A DNA stretch of 52,550 nucleotides from Gammaproteobacteria bacterium (GTDB taxonomy: Bacteria; Pseudomonadota; Gammaproteobacteria; Tenderiales; Tenderiaceae), in the NCBI GenBank assembly GCA_024277755.1, contig JAJRUN010000082.1:1-52550 (forward strand), in the 5' to 3' direction. Each line of letters opens with the position of its first letter. Position 1 is the stretch's first letter. The notes below the pieces were generated by a model. It did no database searches, was not told the DNA's origin, and saw only the letters and a list, made by a program, of their open reading frames with translations. A program made the position numbers and the translations under genes. Positions 1 to 9,658 of this stretch are shown here, piece after piece.

Positions 1-286
1 CCCCGTTACGATCGCAAAGATTAAACTCCTTGCGCTTCATCCGACGACTGGCATTGGTAATGTCGGGTGATTTTAGGCTGTTATCACTGCAAAAAAGTTT
101 CATACCGCCACCAGTACCCGTGGACTCAACCACCGGCGTTGGATAACGCGAGACACTTCCAAATTCTTCAGCAACATAACTGGAAAAGGGATAGACCGTC
201 GAACTGCCAACAATTTTGATCTGATCTCGCGCCACAGCACTGCCGCAGACAAGGGCCGACACCAACAATACGATAACTTTTTTCAT
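1..286 (-). CDS. pstS: Phosphate ABC transporter substrate-binding protein PstS (5' part; runs off the window; absent from the ORF track)
   Basis: Manual translation from ATG 286: MKKVIVLLVSALVCGSAVARDQIKIVGSSTVYPFSSYVAEEFG...TPVVESTGTGGGMKLFC...PDITNASRRMKRKE. GSSTV, STGTGGG and NASR are PstS-family motifs. AAGGAG RBS; ATGA overlap with the upstream gene. Confidence 0.92.
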   Translation of the reverse strand, partial: MKKVIVLLVSALVCGSAVARDQIKIVGSSTVYPFSSYVAEEFGSVSRYPTPVVESTGTGGGMKLFCSDNSLKSPDITNASRRMKRKEFNLCDRNG

Positions 287-1380
287 AACAGCTCCTTAAT
301 CACATAGTTAGAATTAATTGAAGGGGATGCCTGTAACGCAAATACCCGAGTCGTATCGACTTCATCCCGTAGTGTGAGTTTCTGAATCTTGGCATCGAAG
401 CTCATATTTATAATTTTTTTATCAAATCCTGAGATACCCTTTATAGCCATTACTCGAATCGGCTCAATCAAACCTGCATATTTTTTGTTACGAGACTTCA
501 TCTTCAAGCACTCCTCTCCGTATAACGTTGAGATATAGGTAAAGCCATTACCACAACGACTTTGATTAGGCATTGACGATTCAAACAGTTTGTTAAAGGT
601 GATCTTTTTAAGCTTGAATTTCATCTTTAGCGCTGAAACATTTCCCAACAAGGTGTATTTAACTCCCTCGTTATTAGGGCTAATCGCATAAAGAAAACCC
701 TTAGATAAACTATTGGGCTGCTCCGAGACGAACATATACAACCGTCCGCTGTTGTTACCATCAAGCAAATAAAATGTTTTTGCATCCGGCATCATAAGCA
801 CCTCACTGGCGAACAGCCGCCCCATTGAATAATTTTTGATCGCCTTGGCCTGACCTTGTTCATCCAGCAGAATAATTTCAGCTACCCAACCATAGTTATA
901 GGGTTTTACCTGATCTTGTTTACCCTTGAAATAGGTTTTGAAAGTATTAATAAACCCATCACCATCCTCATCGATCAAGCCACCTTCAGACACCAGCAAT
1001 GATCCCCAAGCGCTGCTTACCCCTGTGGTTGGTGAATACAACCCCATAATGCTGGCCATATTCAATGCGTTTGTATCTATTTTTTTCAGCGTTTCAGGTG
1101 CCCATTCGGTCACATAAATCTGTCCCACAGGCTGATTAAAAATAGAAAACACAAACTCACGTTTACCCATTAACAACACCTTGTCCAAATCACTGTCTGA
1201 ATAGATCAAGGTCTGGTCATCGTGCAAGAGTGGCGCGCCCCGATAATCACTGGCCAGGCCAAAGATATGCCGCCCGATCACATCACCGCCGATGGCCTCA
1301 AAGCCAGCCGCCTGTACCGCAGCAGACAGGGCCGCGCTGAACAGGAGGGAAACAAGCATCAACTTAGTTAAATATTTCAT
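283..1380 (-). CDS. Secreted PhoX/DUF839-like protein, shortened and probably catalytically dead
   Basis: Signal peptide. PYNYGWVAEI, KNYSMGR, MMPDAKTFYL, LYMFVSEQPNSLSKGFLYA and GEECLK match the PhoX scaffold by eye. Most metal-ligand motifs are substituted and the C-terminal part is absent. Confidence 0.7.
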   Translation of the reverse strand: MKYLTKLMLVSLLFSAALSAAVQAAGFEAIGGDVIGRHIFGLASDYRGAPLLHDDQTLIYSDSDLDKVLLMGKREFVFSIFNQPVGQIYVTEWAPETLKKIDTNALNMASIMGLYSPTTGVSSAWGSLLVSEGGLIDEDGDGFINTFKTYFKGKQDQVKPYNYGWVAEIILLDEQGQAKAIKNYSMGRLFASEVLMMPDAKTFYLLDGNNSGRLYMFVSEQPNSLSKGFLYAISPNNEGVKYTLLGNVSALKMKFKLKKITFNKLFESSMPNQSRCGNGFTYISTLYGEECLKMKSRNKKYAGLIEPIRVMAIKGISGFDKKIINMSFDAKIQKLTLRDEVDTTRVFALQASPSINSNYVIKELL

Positions 1381-1383
1381 AGC

Positions 1384-4300
1384 TTAAAACTTCATGGAAA
1401 AATAAAGACTGTATGAACGGCCGGGGAAAAAGCGCATCGAAGTTTTGTCCCCCTGCTTCATTTTCACCTCACTATCAAGCAGATTAATCGCCTTAAAGGT
1501 GATGTTGTAGCCGATCCTCTTTACCTGTTCATCGTAGGTATCATTCAATCCCCACTTAACGACGAAATCCAGTTTGTGAAACGGCTGTTCGTAGACATCA
1601 GGGTTACCGTTTATCCCCAGAGCAGATATCCGCTCACCGGATACGTTATAGAGCAGCACTGCACTGCGACGGGTAAAGAAATTATCGTAACCCAGCTGCA
1701 TGTTGACGATATAAGGTGACTGACCCTGCATAGCCCTGTTTTCTGAGGTCAGGAAAGGTATAAACTGATCGTTCTGATTCTCGGGCGCATTCTTGTCCAA
1801 CACAATTATTGAATCGATCATGGCGTAGTTACCCGCCACATAATAATGCTTCAGCGAGGAAAACAGACCTTCCAGGTTTTTCCTAAACCCCAGTTCAAGC
1901 CCAAGACTGGTTGCACTTTGCGCGTTACGGTACGAGGTTTCTATATCGACATCACTGATGGTTCGCACTGTCTCAATCGGGTTAATAAAGTCTTTACTAA
2001 ACACAGCAACGGAATAAGACTCGTCGTGACTTGGATACCACTCATATTTCAAATCAAGATTAGTAATCGTTGTGTACTTAAGATTTTCATAGCCATAGAT
2101 GATGTAGCCAGTCAGCGGATCTTTATAGCGATTAGGACTAAACTCGCGAAAATCAGGACGGCTAATGGTTTGACTGAAGGCAAAACGAAGTTGATGTTCA
2201 GCATCAAAACGCCAGGTTGCCCCCAACGAAGGCAGCAGGTCCGTTGTATCCAAGGCATAACTATCCTCTTCCTGGCCTACACGCAAGGATTGCGTCGAAA
2301 CCTCTTGACGCAAACCCAACAACACATCCAGTTTTTCCAGCGGCGAGACCAATTGCTTCACATAAAACGCGCTGACATTCTGCTCAGCAGTATAAAAGTC
2401 ATCCGGCTTGTATGAATCAAGAATATCCACTGTGCCAGCATCCACACTGCCTTCGCTCAGTGCAGAGTCTATCGGGTAGGGGTCAAGATTGTCGTTGTAT
2501 TTTATCTTAAAGCGACGGCTATCCAGTTCACGAGACTTTTTGTATTCAAACAAGCCAAGTTGAGTGTAGTTATCCCGCTTGTTGTATTTGAATGGCAGAG
2601 TGAAATCCAGACGATAATTTTCAACCTTATCATTCAGGTCAGAATAAAGATAAAACAACTTCTTTGAATCCAGCACCATCTGATCATTGACCTGTTTGTA
2701 CTCATATTCAAAGGTTCCCGGCTCAATCCGTGAAGCACTGGCTGTTTCCGCCCCCCACTTGATAATCAGATTATCAAGATAGGCATCACCCGCCCCAAAA
2801 TGATGTTCACCGTTAAATTGATGCGCCACAAGACCCTTTTCTGCATATTGCAGATAGGTACGTTCGCTGTAGGTGTCTTCATCGAGATCGTCTTTCTTGC
2901 CAAGATTGGTAATGTCGCTGGTTTCATTCAGAGACAACAGTGTGTACTTAACCTGATTCCCCTCCAGGGTATCCAGGCCGACACTGACCATTCCGCCGTA
3001 TTTCTGTGTTATACGGGTGACATCAAACTGTCCTGTGTCCGTATGAATATTGATATCGTTGAGCTGATCGTACTCATATTCATCTTTGATGATCTGCGTG
3101 GATTTTTCACTGGTCTTATAATAAAGGGAACCGGCCACACCATATTTCAAACCACCCCCTGTTTTAAAACTCTGACCAAAAGAAACCGCAGCACTCTTAC
3201 CCGGTTGAAGTTTGCGTTTTTCCAACCCGTAAGAGCGATAATTCATCATCGCCTTGTTCAGGGCTTTTTTATCAGCCCCACTCAAGCCTTCTGCGATAAT
3301 GGTATTGCCAATCCTGACCTCTTCCGTCAACACAGAAAAATTATCACTGCTACTCAGCAATGACGATGGCATACCGTGGGCGTTATCACCGTTATAGGCG
3401 ACACGTTGACCGGTAGACGAGTTAAAGACCAGTCCCACCTCTGCCTTGGCATAGTTATCTTCCTTGGGAATATCCTTGGTGGTAATCAACACTGCACCAC
3501 CGGCAAAGGTGCCTGGCAGATCACTGCTATGTGTCTTTTGAATACTCATACTCTGAATAACGCTGGTAGGAAAAATATCCAAAGGCACGACACGTTTGGT
3601 GGGTTCCGGCGAAGGAATATGCAGGTTATTGAGCAAGATTGTGCTGTAACGTTCACCCAGCCCGCGAATGAATACAAACTTACCATCCACCACTGTAATT
3701 CCTGTCACACGCTTTAGCGCGCCAGAAGCAGATGAATCACCAGACTTGCTGAACTGCTCGCTGGAGATCGCATCCCCCAATACTGCACTGTCTTTCAACT
3801 CAGCCAGACTGACGCTCAAACTACCCTCCACTGCCGGGGCCGTCACCACAAACTCATCCATAACAATATCGGCCTTCACCAGGGCCACAGTCTTTTCAGT
3901 GGTCGCCTTTGCCTCAACCTTAATATCCTTCAACACCTTCATAATGAAGTTAGGGTGGATCACGGAAATATCGTAAACCCCGGCAACCAATTCAACCTGA
4001 ACAATCCCATTTTCATCCGAGGTGGCTTCGATGATCTGACCCTTGAAAAACAGTTTTGCCCCAACCACCACTTCGCCGGTCTTGCTGTTTTTCAGGCTCA
4101 GTTTCAGATTTCCTTTTGGGCCTGTTTGAGGCTTTGCCTGTTGATGATCAAAGTCCTTACCGTAGGCAGCCAACGGCAGGTCAAGCTCAACATCAGCCCC
4201 CGTCTTAGTCAGGTTCAAAAAAATCTGGCTCTGCTGATTTTCAAGCAAACGTACCTCGGTAAGCGCAAACATCTCATCATTTTTGTAATAGCCCACCTCA

Positions 4301-4503
4301 TATTCAGCATTGGGCAAGGAAAAGGCAGCCAAACCAAATTCATTGGTTGGCTGTCTGACATCGCCGACAACAATGCTGATATTTTTTTGGACGGCACCAT
4401 CTTTAAAGACAAACACATAAAGATTGTCATCCGCTTGAGCCAGTCCCCAGCAGCAGCAAAAAACAACTGCAAGGAGGCGATTAATAACACTCAACTGGAT
4501 CAT
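1384..4503 (-). CDS. TonB-dependent receptor with N-terminal extension domains (carboxypeptidase-regulatory-like)
   Basis: Signal peptide from ATG 4503 (MIQLSV...GLAQA; the track start 4548 is probably too early). TonB-box-like EFVVTA, plug motif DGKFVFIRGLGERYS, barrel motifs TISRPDFRE and NLDLKYEWYP, C-terminal F. Confidence 0.93.
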   Translation of the reverse strand: MIQLSVINRLLAVVFCCCWGLAQADDNLYVFVFKDGAVQKNISIVVGDVRQPTNEFGLAAFSLPNAEYEVGYYKNDEMFALTEVRLLENQQSQIFLNLTKTGADVELDLPLAAYGKDFDHQQAKPQTGPKGNLKLSLKNSKTGEVVVGAKLFFKGQIIEATSDENGIVQVELVAGVYDISVIHPNFIMKVLKDIKVEAKATTEKTVALVKADIVMDEFVVTAPAVEGSLSVSLAELKDSAVLGDAISSEQFSKSGDSSASGALKRVTGITVVDGKFVFIRGLGERYSTILLNNLHIPSPEPTKRVVPLDIFPTSVIQSMSIQKTHSSDLPGTFAGGAVLITTKDIPKEDNYAKAEVGLVFNSSTGQRVAYNGDNAHGMPSSLLSSSDNFSVLTEEVRIGNTIIAEGLSGADKKALNKAMMNYRSYGLEKRKLQPGKSAAVSFGQSFKTGGGLKYGVAGSLYYKTSEKSTQIIKDEYEYDQLNDINIHTDTGQFDVTRITQKYGGMVSVGLDTLEGNQVKYTLLSLNETSDITNLGKKDDLDEDTYSERTYLQYAEKGLVAHQFNGEHHFGAGDAYLDNLIIKWGAETASASRIEPGTFEYEYKQVNDQMVLDSKKLFYLYSDLNDKVENYRLDFTLPFKYNKRDNYTQLGLFEYKKSRELDSRRFKIKYNDNLDPYPIDSALSEGSVDAGTVDILDSYKPDDFYTAEQNVSAFYVKQLVSPLEKLDVLLGLRQEVSTQSLRVGQEEDSYALDTTDLLPSLGATWRFDAEHQLRFAFSQTISRPDFREFSPNRYKDPLTGYIIYGYENLKYTTITNLDLKYEWYPSHDESYSVAVFSKDFINPIETVRTISDVDIETSYRNAQSATSLGLELGFRKNLEGLFSSLKHYYVAGNYAMIDSIIVLDKNAPENQNDQFIPFLTSENRAMQGQSPYIVNMQLGYDNFFTRRSAVLLYNVSGERISALGINGNPDVYEQPFHKLDFVVKWGLNDTYDEQVKRIGYNITFKAINLLDSEVKMKQGDKTSMRFFPGRSYSLYFSMKF

Positions 4504-5614
4504 CCTGACACTTCTCAATCTGTTTAAATACAACCGATGCCCTGGCAAACAACTGGCTATCCGATATCTGTTTCAGATATTTTCTAGCACTGGCATAATC
4601 GCCAATCCTGAAATACCCATAGCCAAGCGCATAAGCAATATTGTCATCCTGCAACAGGTCGTAACGCTTTAAGGCTGCCTCTTTGGTCACCAGCGTTTCG
4701 TAGTCGTCAAGAAAGATATCGATGCCCAACCGCTGCCTGAACTTTTCTGCCTGCTGGAAGATACGGCGATTTAACTGTAGCGAACGGGCCGGCTGCCGTG
4801 CCTTGAGATAAAGGGTTGCGGCCTTGAGTGCAAAGCTAGGGTGCTCAATCGACGCCCAATCAAACACCAGGGCGGCCATCAAATAGCGTTCTTTATCAAT
4901 GTAGACCTGCCCCAGTAACTCCACCAACTGATCATCATTACGATGTTTTAGAATGGCCTCTTCCAATAAAGAGGCCGCTTCGTCCAGCTGATTGTTTTCA
5001 CGCAGGGCATAGGCAATGGCCAGATAATCACGCGCTGAATAGTCTTTAGCTTGCAGATATTTATGCACATACTCTTCCGCCTGCTGATAGAAACCCAGCT
5101 CCATCAAATAATAGAATTTCTGCTTATAAAATACGGATGATTCAGGAAACAAGGCAATGCCCTGATCAAGCACCGCCCAGGCTTTTTCCATCAAACCTTG
5201 TTGCTTATAAGCCTCTGCCTTGATCACCAGCATCTGTTCATTAGCCAGTGCCGCTTCACCTGCCTCATCCAGCGCCTTTACAACCTCGGCATAGTTTTGC
5301 CGCTGCCAGTGATTTCGCGCAACATACAACATGATGGAGAGATTGCGCTGGCCCTTTGCCATCGATGCAGCAAGAAATATATTCGATAGTTGTGGATACG
5401 ACAGCTTATGCAGCAGAATTCCCTTTAACGAATAGTAACGAGCAAAATCAAAACCGGGTTGCCGTACATCGACTTTTTCAAGCACCTCTTTAGCCCGTTG
5501 AAGGTAACCGTCTTTCAATAAAACAGCACCCAGGTTGACATAATCAACCTTTTCCTCGGCACTTGAGGCCAGCGAAGCCGTCATCAAACACATTACAATT
5601 AACAGTCTCTTCAT
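4481..5614 (-). CDS. Periplasmic TPR protein (TtpD-like) of a TonB system
   Basis: Signal peptide, helical TPR-like repeats (e.g. YALGYGYFRIGDYASARKYL), located directly after tonB. Confidence 0.8.
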   Translation of the reverse strand: MKRLLIVMCLMTASLASSAEEKVDYVNLGAVLLKDGYLQRAKEVLEKVDVRQPGFDFARYYSLKGILLHKLSYPQLSNIFLAASMAKGQRNLSIMLYVARNHWQRQNYAEVVKALDEAGEAALANEQMLVIKAEAYKQQGLMEKAWAVLDQGIALFPESSVFYKQKFYYLMELGFYQQAEEYVHKYLQAKDYSARDYLAIAYALRENNQLDEAASLLEEAILKHRNDDQLVELLGQVYIDKERYLMAALVFDWASIEHPSFALKAATLYLKARQPARSLQLNRRIFQQAEKFRQRLGIDIFLDDYETLVTKEAALKRYDLLQDDNIAYALGYGYFRIGDYASARKYLKQISDSQLFARASVVFKQIEKCQDDPVECY

Positions 5615-5618
5615 CGCC

Positions 5619-6251
5619 TTAGTCCAGTTTGAAAACGATCTTCTGCATCGCCCACACCTTCACCTTCTTGCCGTTATAGGTAGCCGGTTCAAACTTCCAG
5701 CGACGAATCGTACTATCGGCCTTCAGGTCAAATATATCCTTAGGCTTTGATTCAATAATCTCGACGTTTTCTACGTTGCCTGATTCATCAATCAACACAT
5801 TCATGCTGACGTAACCACTGATCCCCTGACGGCGTGCCAACTCGGGATAAACAACGGGTGAGCGCTTTCTCACCCTGGGAGCCGTATCAACACTCTCTTT
5901 GTCCATGGTGTTATCGGCGAATGAATCCAACAAACCGCCATCACCAATGTTGGCGAATTCTGCATCATCAAACATGGGCACACCAAAACTCAGGCTGCTG
6001 CCCGACAGTGACGATCCAAGGCTACCCGGTTTGATAGAAGGCAAGGCCTGATCATGCTGACGCCGCTTGGGTTTAGGCTTTTCCTTTTGCTTGGGCTTAT
6101 TGATCTGTTTCTGTTTATTAACATTGAAGCTCACCTGCTTGTCAGCAGCCTCATCCATCTTTATGTCAGATTCGTTCAGACCAATCACCAGACTGAATAA
6201 CAGACAGGGAATCAGCAGCGCGGCTAACAGCGCAATAATACGTTTATGCAT
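5619..6251 (-). CDS. tonB: Energy transducer TonB
   Basis: N-terminal TM (likely start MHKRIIALL at 6251), K/P-rich linker, TonB_C domain (YPELARRQGISGYV...GNVENVEIIES...WKFEPA). Confidence 0.92.
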   Translation of the reverse strand: MHKRIIALLAALLIPCLLFSLVIGLNESDIKMDEAADKQVSFNVNKQKQINKPKQKEKPKPKRRQHDQALPSIKPGSLGSSLSGSSLSFGVPMFDDAEFANIGDGGLLDSFADNTMDKESVDTAPRVRKRSPVVYPELARRQGISGYVSMNVLIDESGNVENVEIIESKPKDIFDLKADSTIRRWKFEPATYNGKKVKVWAMQKIVFKLD

Positions 6252-6264
6252 GACGATGCCAGCT

Positions 6265-6672
6265 CTAGGAGCCAGACTCCTGTTCCGTCGCCACACCCAC
6301 ATCGCTGGCCCCGGCCAGACGTGACTGGTCAACTACCTCTAGCACCACCTTGGCAGCCACTGTTTCGTCGGTCACCACCAATACCGATTTATCTGTGCTT
6401 GCACGCAGCATTTCACGCAACTTGCCTTGCAGGCTGTAGATACGCACCGGCATATTGTCGACATAAATATCACTGTATTGATCAATGAAGACACGAATCG
6501 ATTTAGTGGATGCCGCCGAGGCACTGGCGGCACTGGGGCGGTCGAGTTCCAGCTTCATGTCTTTAACAAAGGTAGTGGTGACCATAAAAAAGATCAGCAG
6601 AATAAACACCATATCAATCAGCGGTGAAATATCGATCTGTCCCTCTTCTTCATGATTGTCTCTATAACGCAT
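6265..6672 (-). CDS. exbD: Biopolymer transport protein ExbD
   Basis: IDISPLIDMVFILLIFFMVTT motif with the conserved TM Asp. Confidence 0.95.
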   Translation of the reverse strand: MRYRDNHEEEGQIDISPLIDMVFILLIFFMVTTTFVKDMKLELDRPSAASASAASTKSIRVFIDQYSDIYVDNMPVRIYSLQGKLREMLRASTDKSVLVVTDETVAAKVVLEVVDQSRLAGASDVGVATEQESGS

Positions 6673-6675
6673 AAC

Positions 6676-7287
6676 TCACACTCTCCGAGGCTGATTACTT
6701 TTGGCGCAGACAAGATCACGAATCTGATCCAGCTCACGATTGATATTCAATTGACGACGTTCAATCACCCGGCCAATCAACAGGCCGGGAATGGAAATCG
6801 CCAGCCCCATCTGGGTGGTAAACAGCGCACGGCTGATGCCGCCGGCGATACCGCCGGTTTGGCTAAACAGGGTCATGTCGCCCAGCGACTCAAAGGTCTC
6901 AATCATGCCGTCCACCGTTCCCAGTAGTCCTAGCAGCGGCGCAACCGCCACCAGCGAACGGGCCAATGCCCGGTGTTGAGACATCTCTGATTTCAACTGT
7001 TGAAAACCTTCGTTCAAGACCGACTTGAGCTGCTCGCATGATGTTGCCGTCCTGGATTTCTCAACCGCCATCAGCGCTGCACGGGCAGTGATGGCGGATG
7101 ATTCCAGCTTGCTTTCCTGCGCCCGCTTAATCAGTTCACGCGGGCCTTTACGACTGGTGCGAATATTGATCATCCGGTACACCAGTGCATACCACAGCAT
7201 GACAGCAACAAAGATCAACGGCGGCATGACAAAGCCCCCCATTTCGTAATAGCGCGTCAATGTATTCAGATCAGGCAACACGGTCAT
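6676..7287 (-). CDS. exbB: MotA/TolQ/ExbB proton channel (ExbB2-like)
   Basis: APLLGLLGTVDGMIETF and GGISRALFTTQMGL motifs. Confidence 0.92.
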   Translation of the reverse strand: MTVLPDLNTLTRYYEMGGFVMPPLIFVAVMLWYALVYRMINIRTSRKGPRELIKRAQESKLESSAITARAALMAVEKSRTATSCEQLKSVLNEGFQQLKSEMSQHRALARSLVAVAPLLGLLGTVDGMIETFESLGDMTLFSQTGGIAGGISRALFTTQMGLAISIPGLLIGRVIERRQLNINRELDQIRDLVCAKSNQPRRV

Positions 7288-8583
7288 TTACTTCTTGTGA
7301 GTGTTGATCATGTGCAGAGCGGCCTGCTCCAGATCATTTTTAATCTGTCGCGCCCAGCTGCTTAAAAGATTTCCGATCAACAACAAGGGAATCGCCACCA
7401 CCAGACCAAACTTGGTGGTCAACAGGGCTTCTGAAATACCTGAAGACAGCATTTTGGGGTCCCCGGTACCAAACTCGGTAATAATGTCAAAGGTGCTGAT
7501 CATGCCCGTTACGGTGCCCAACAGACCCAGCAGCGGTGATATGGCTGCAATCACCAGAATGGCGGCACCAAACCGATCAATATAGCTACTCTCGTGCAAA
7601 ATGGATTCACTGATAATGTCTTCAATATGATCACGATCACGCTTCAGATTACGCAGGGTTGCAGCGATCACCTTACTGGCGGCACTGACATTTTGACTGC
7701 ACACATGCAAGGCTGCATCAATATCACCCGAGGCAATTTTTTCATTCACCTTGCGCGCTATCTTGTGAATGTTTGAGCCAGCCCGCATCAACATCACAAT
7801 ACGCAGTGATACCAGCAACAGGCCCACCAGGCCCAACACAATAATGACCTCACCCACCAGACCACCGGCGTTCACTTCATCCGCAAAGCTCTTTTCATCT
7901 TTCTTCTCGATTCCCTTTTCAACATTGTCAAACAAGAAGATCGAAATAACCTGTGGATACAGATGCTCAGCCAACTGTTCGGCAATGGCGCGGGTCGAAC
8001 TGTCCCAGATGCTGAACTGGCCATTCCCGGCCGGTGCTAAAATTCCACTTCCCTGTGGACTCACTCCATACTTTGCCACCCGGCCAACATTGATAACCTG
8101 GCCATCAACTGCTTCGCCATCAGCCAAAAAATAACGCCCCTGTGTCGATAACACCTGGCCATCAAGCACAATCACATCCGTCGCCTGGGCAAAGGCCGAG
8201 GCCAAACGCCGATCCTGAGCGACAGACTCATCCAGTTTTTTATCCAGTTTTCCCAATGACTCCTGTGCCTGGCTTAAAGTTGTGTCCAGCAACAGGTCAT
8301 CATTTTCAGCGTAGTCCACCCCTCTTGATGCCTCCACAACCTGACGATTCAGACGGTCGGTCTGATTTTGCTTCTCCAGAAACACCTTCTGTAAAGCATC
8401 GATATCAAGCGCCACCTGATCCAGCTGATGTTTCTGGCTTTGACGCAATGTCGTTAAACGCTGCGCCAACGCTTTCTTTTCTGCAACCAGATAGGCAAAC
8501 TCCTTCTGGTAGGCCTGTTCCAATTCACCCGCCTGAACCAACGCGCTTGCCAGCAAACACAGTAGTAAAATAAAAATACGCAT
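7288..8583 (-). CDS. Long ExbB-family protein with periplasmic N-terminal domain (TtpC-like)
   Basis: Signal peptide, coiled-coil periplasmic region, C-terminal SPLLGLLGTVTGMISTF and GISEALLTTKFGL. Confidence 0.88.
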   Translation of the reverse strand: MRIFILLLCLLASALVQAGELEQAYQKEFAYLVAEKKALAQRLTTLRQSQKHQLDQVALDIDALQKVFLEKQNQTDRLNRQVVEASRGVDYAENDDLLLDTTLSQAQESLGKLDKKLDESVAQDRRLASAFAQATDVIVLDGQVLSTQGRYFLADGEAVDGQVINVGRVAKYGVSPQGSGILAPAGNGQFSIWDSSTRAIAEQLAEHLYPQVISIFLFDNVEKGIEKKDEKSFADEVNAGGLVGEVIIVLGLVGLLLVSLRIVMLMRAGSNIHKIARKVNEKIASGDIDAALHVCSQNVSAASKVIAATLRNLKRDRDHIEDIISESILHESSYIDRFGAAILVIAAISPLLGLLGTVTGMISTFDIITEFGTGDPKMLSSGISEALLTTKFGLVVAIPLLLIGNLLSSWARQIKNDLEQAALHMINTHKK

Positions 8584-8585
8584 GA

Positions 8586-9344
8586 TTAGCTCCGTGGCAT
8601 AAAGTTAGGCATAACAAACTGGCCGTTACGGATATTTTTACTAAAGGAATCGAACAAAAATTCAAGCTGAGCAATACTGTCCGCATCATCGAAGCGTTGT
8701 TGCTGCCAATTACCGCCCTTGTTTTTAATCACACCAAAGCGACCTTCATGTGTCTTGTAAAACATCACCAGTTTGCCAAGTCTTAGCACCTTAACCAGCT
8801 TGTCTTGCCCGTCAATCAAAAGGGTATCGTTATAGATACCGCTGCTCTTACCCAGCATCAACTCATCTTCAACAAAGGCCCAAAGCTGATTTGCTGCCTT
8901 GTTGCTTGAAATAATATTGTTATCCAGTCGATGTTCAATCTCATCTAAAGCGCTCAGACGCTGGCTTAGCTTGAAAGGCAGGGCAGAGGAAATAGAATGC
9001 CGCAGAGCCGAAATTGCACCTTTCAATACCGGGGCAATGCTCTCGTGTAAATAGTCATTTTTACGACTGCTGTCGGTGAGTTTTTTCAGCTCACGCTGAA
9101 GGTCTTTAATATTCAGTGCCGCACGACTGACCCGCACATCCAAATCACTTTTCTGATTTGAATAAGAACGCATTTGATCTTTAAAACTGTCTTTCTCGTA
9201 ACTGATCTCACTATGCAGAGTCTCGATCTGCTGACGCACCTCGACCAGCTCCTGGGAGATATTTTCCAACGACTGTAATTCTGTTGCAGCCAGACTGCTC
9301 GATGTCAACAGTGCCAGACCTAATCCAACCAAGCTTTTTTTCAT
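8586..9344 (-). CDS. DUF3450-family (TtpB-like) periplasmic coiled-coil protein
   Basis: Signal peptide (likely ATG 9344), coiled coil, LPFKLSQRL and VLRLGKLVMFYKT motifs; first gene of a TonB2-type cluster. Confidence 0.82.
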   Translation of the reverse strand: MKKSLVGLGLALLTSSSLAATELQSLENISQELVEVRQQIETLHSEISYEKDSFKDQMRSYSNQKSDLDVRVSRAALNIKDLQRELKKLTDSSRKNDYLHESIAPVLKGAISALRHSISSALPFKLSQRLSALDEIEHRLDNNIISSNKAANQLWAFVEDELMLGKSSGIYNDTLLIDGQDKLVKVLRLGKLVMFYKTHEGRFGVIKNKGGNWQQQRFDDADSIAQLEFLFDSFSKNIRNGQFVMPNFMPRS

Positions 9345-9406
9345 ATCCACGGCTTCTTTAAATGTCCTGCCCCACGCCTAAACGAGGAACTTCAGATGAG
9401 CGACAG

Positions 9407-9460
9407 ATATTAGCCAAGCTTTGTGACAGTGCTATTACGGCTTTATTACCGTTTTACGAC
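9407..9460 (-). promoter_or_regulatory. Pho box (four 11-bp direct repeats) plus -10 element for the TonB/TBDR/pstS operon
   Basis: The minus strand reads GTCGTAAAACG GTAATAAAGCC GTAATAGCACT GTCACAAAGCT (exact 11-bp period). TAATAT (9412-9407) starts exactly 10 nt after the last GTCAC, which is PhoB promoter geometry. The operon contains pstS. Confidence 0.85.
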
Positions 9461-9540
9461 GAACGAACGGGCAGACAAATAACACACTACCGGCCAATTG
9501 GAGTAGCCATACATCTATATAAATGAGGGGAAAACGAGGT

Positions 9541-9595
9541 TGTCACAAAAGCTTTACCCAGGCGTCACCCGGCTGAAACAAGCGCCTCCTATATT
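9541..9595 (+). promoter_or_regulatory. Second, divergent Pho-box-like array plus -10 element
   Basis: GTCAC(9542), TTTAC(9553), GTCAC(9564), GAAAC(9575) at an 11-bp period, then 10 nt, then TATATT (9590-9595). Two repeats are degenerate. Confidence 0.6.
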
Positions 9596-9658
9596 TCTAA
9601 TTATTGAGGCACAACATGTAACCCGAGCGAATGACACCCAAGTAAAAAGGAGAGCATA

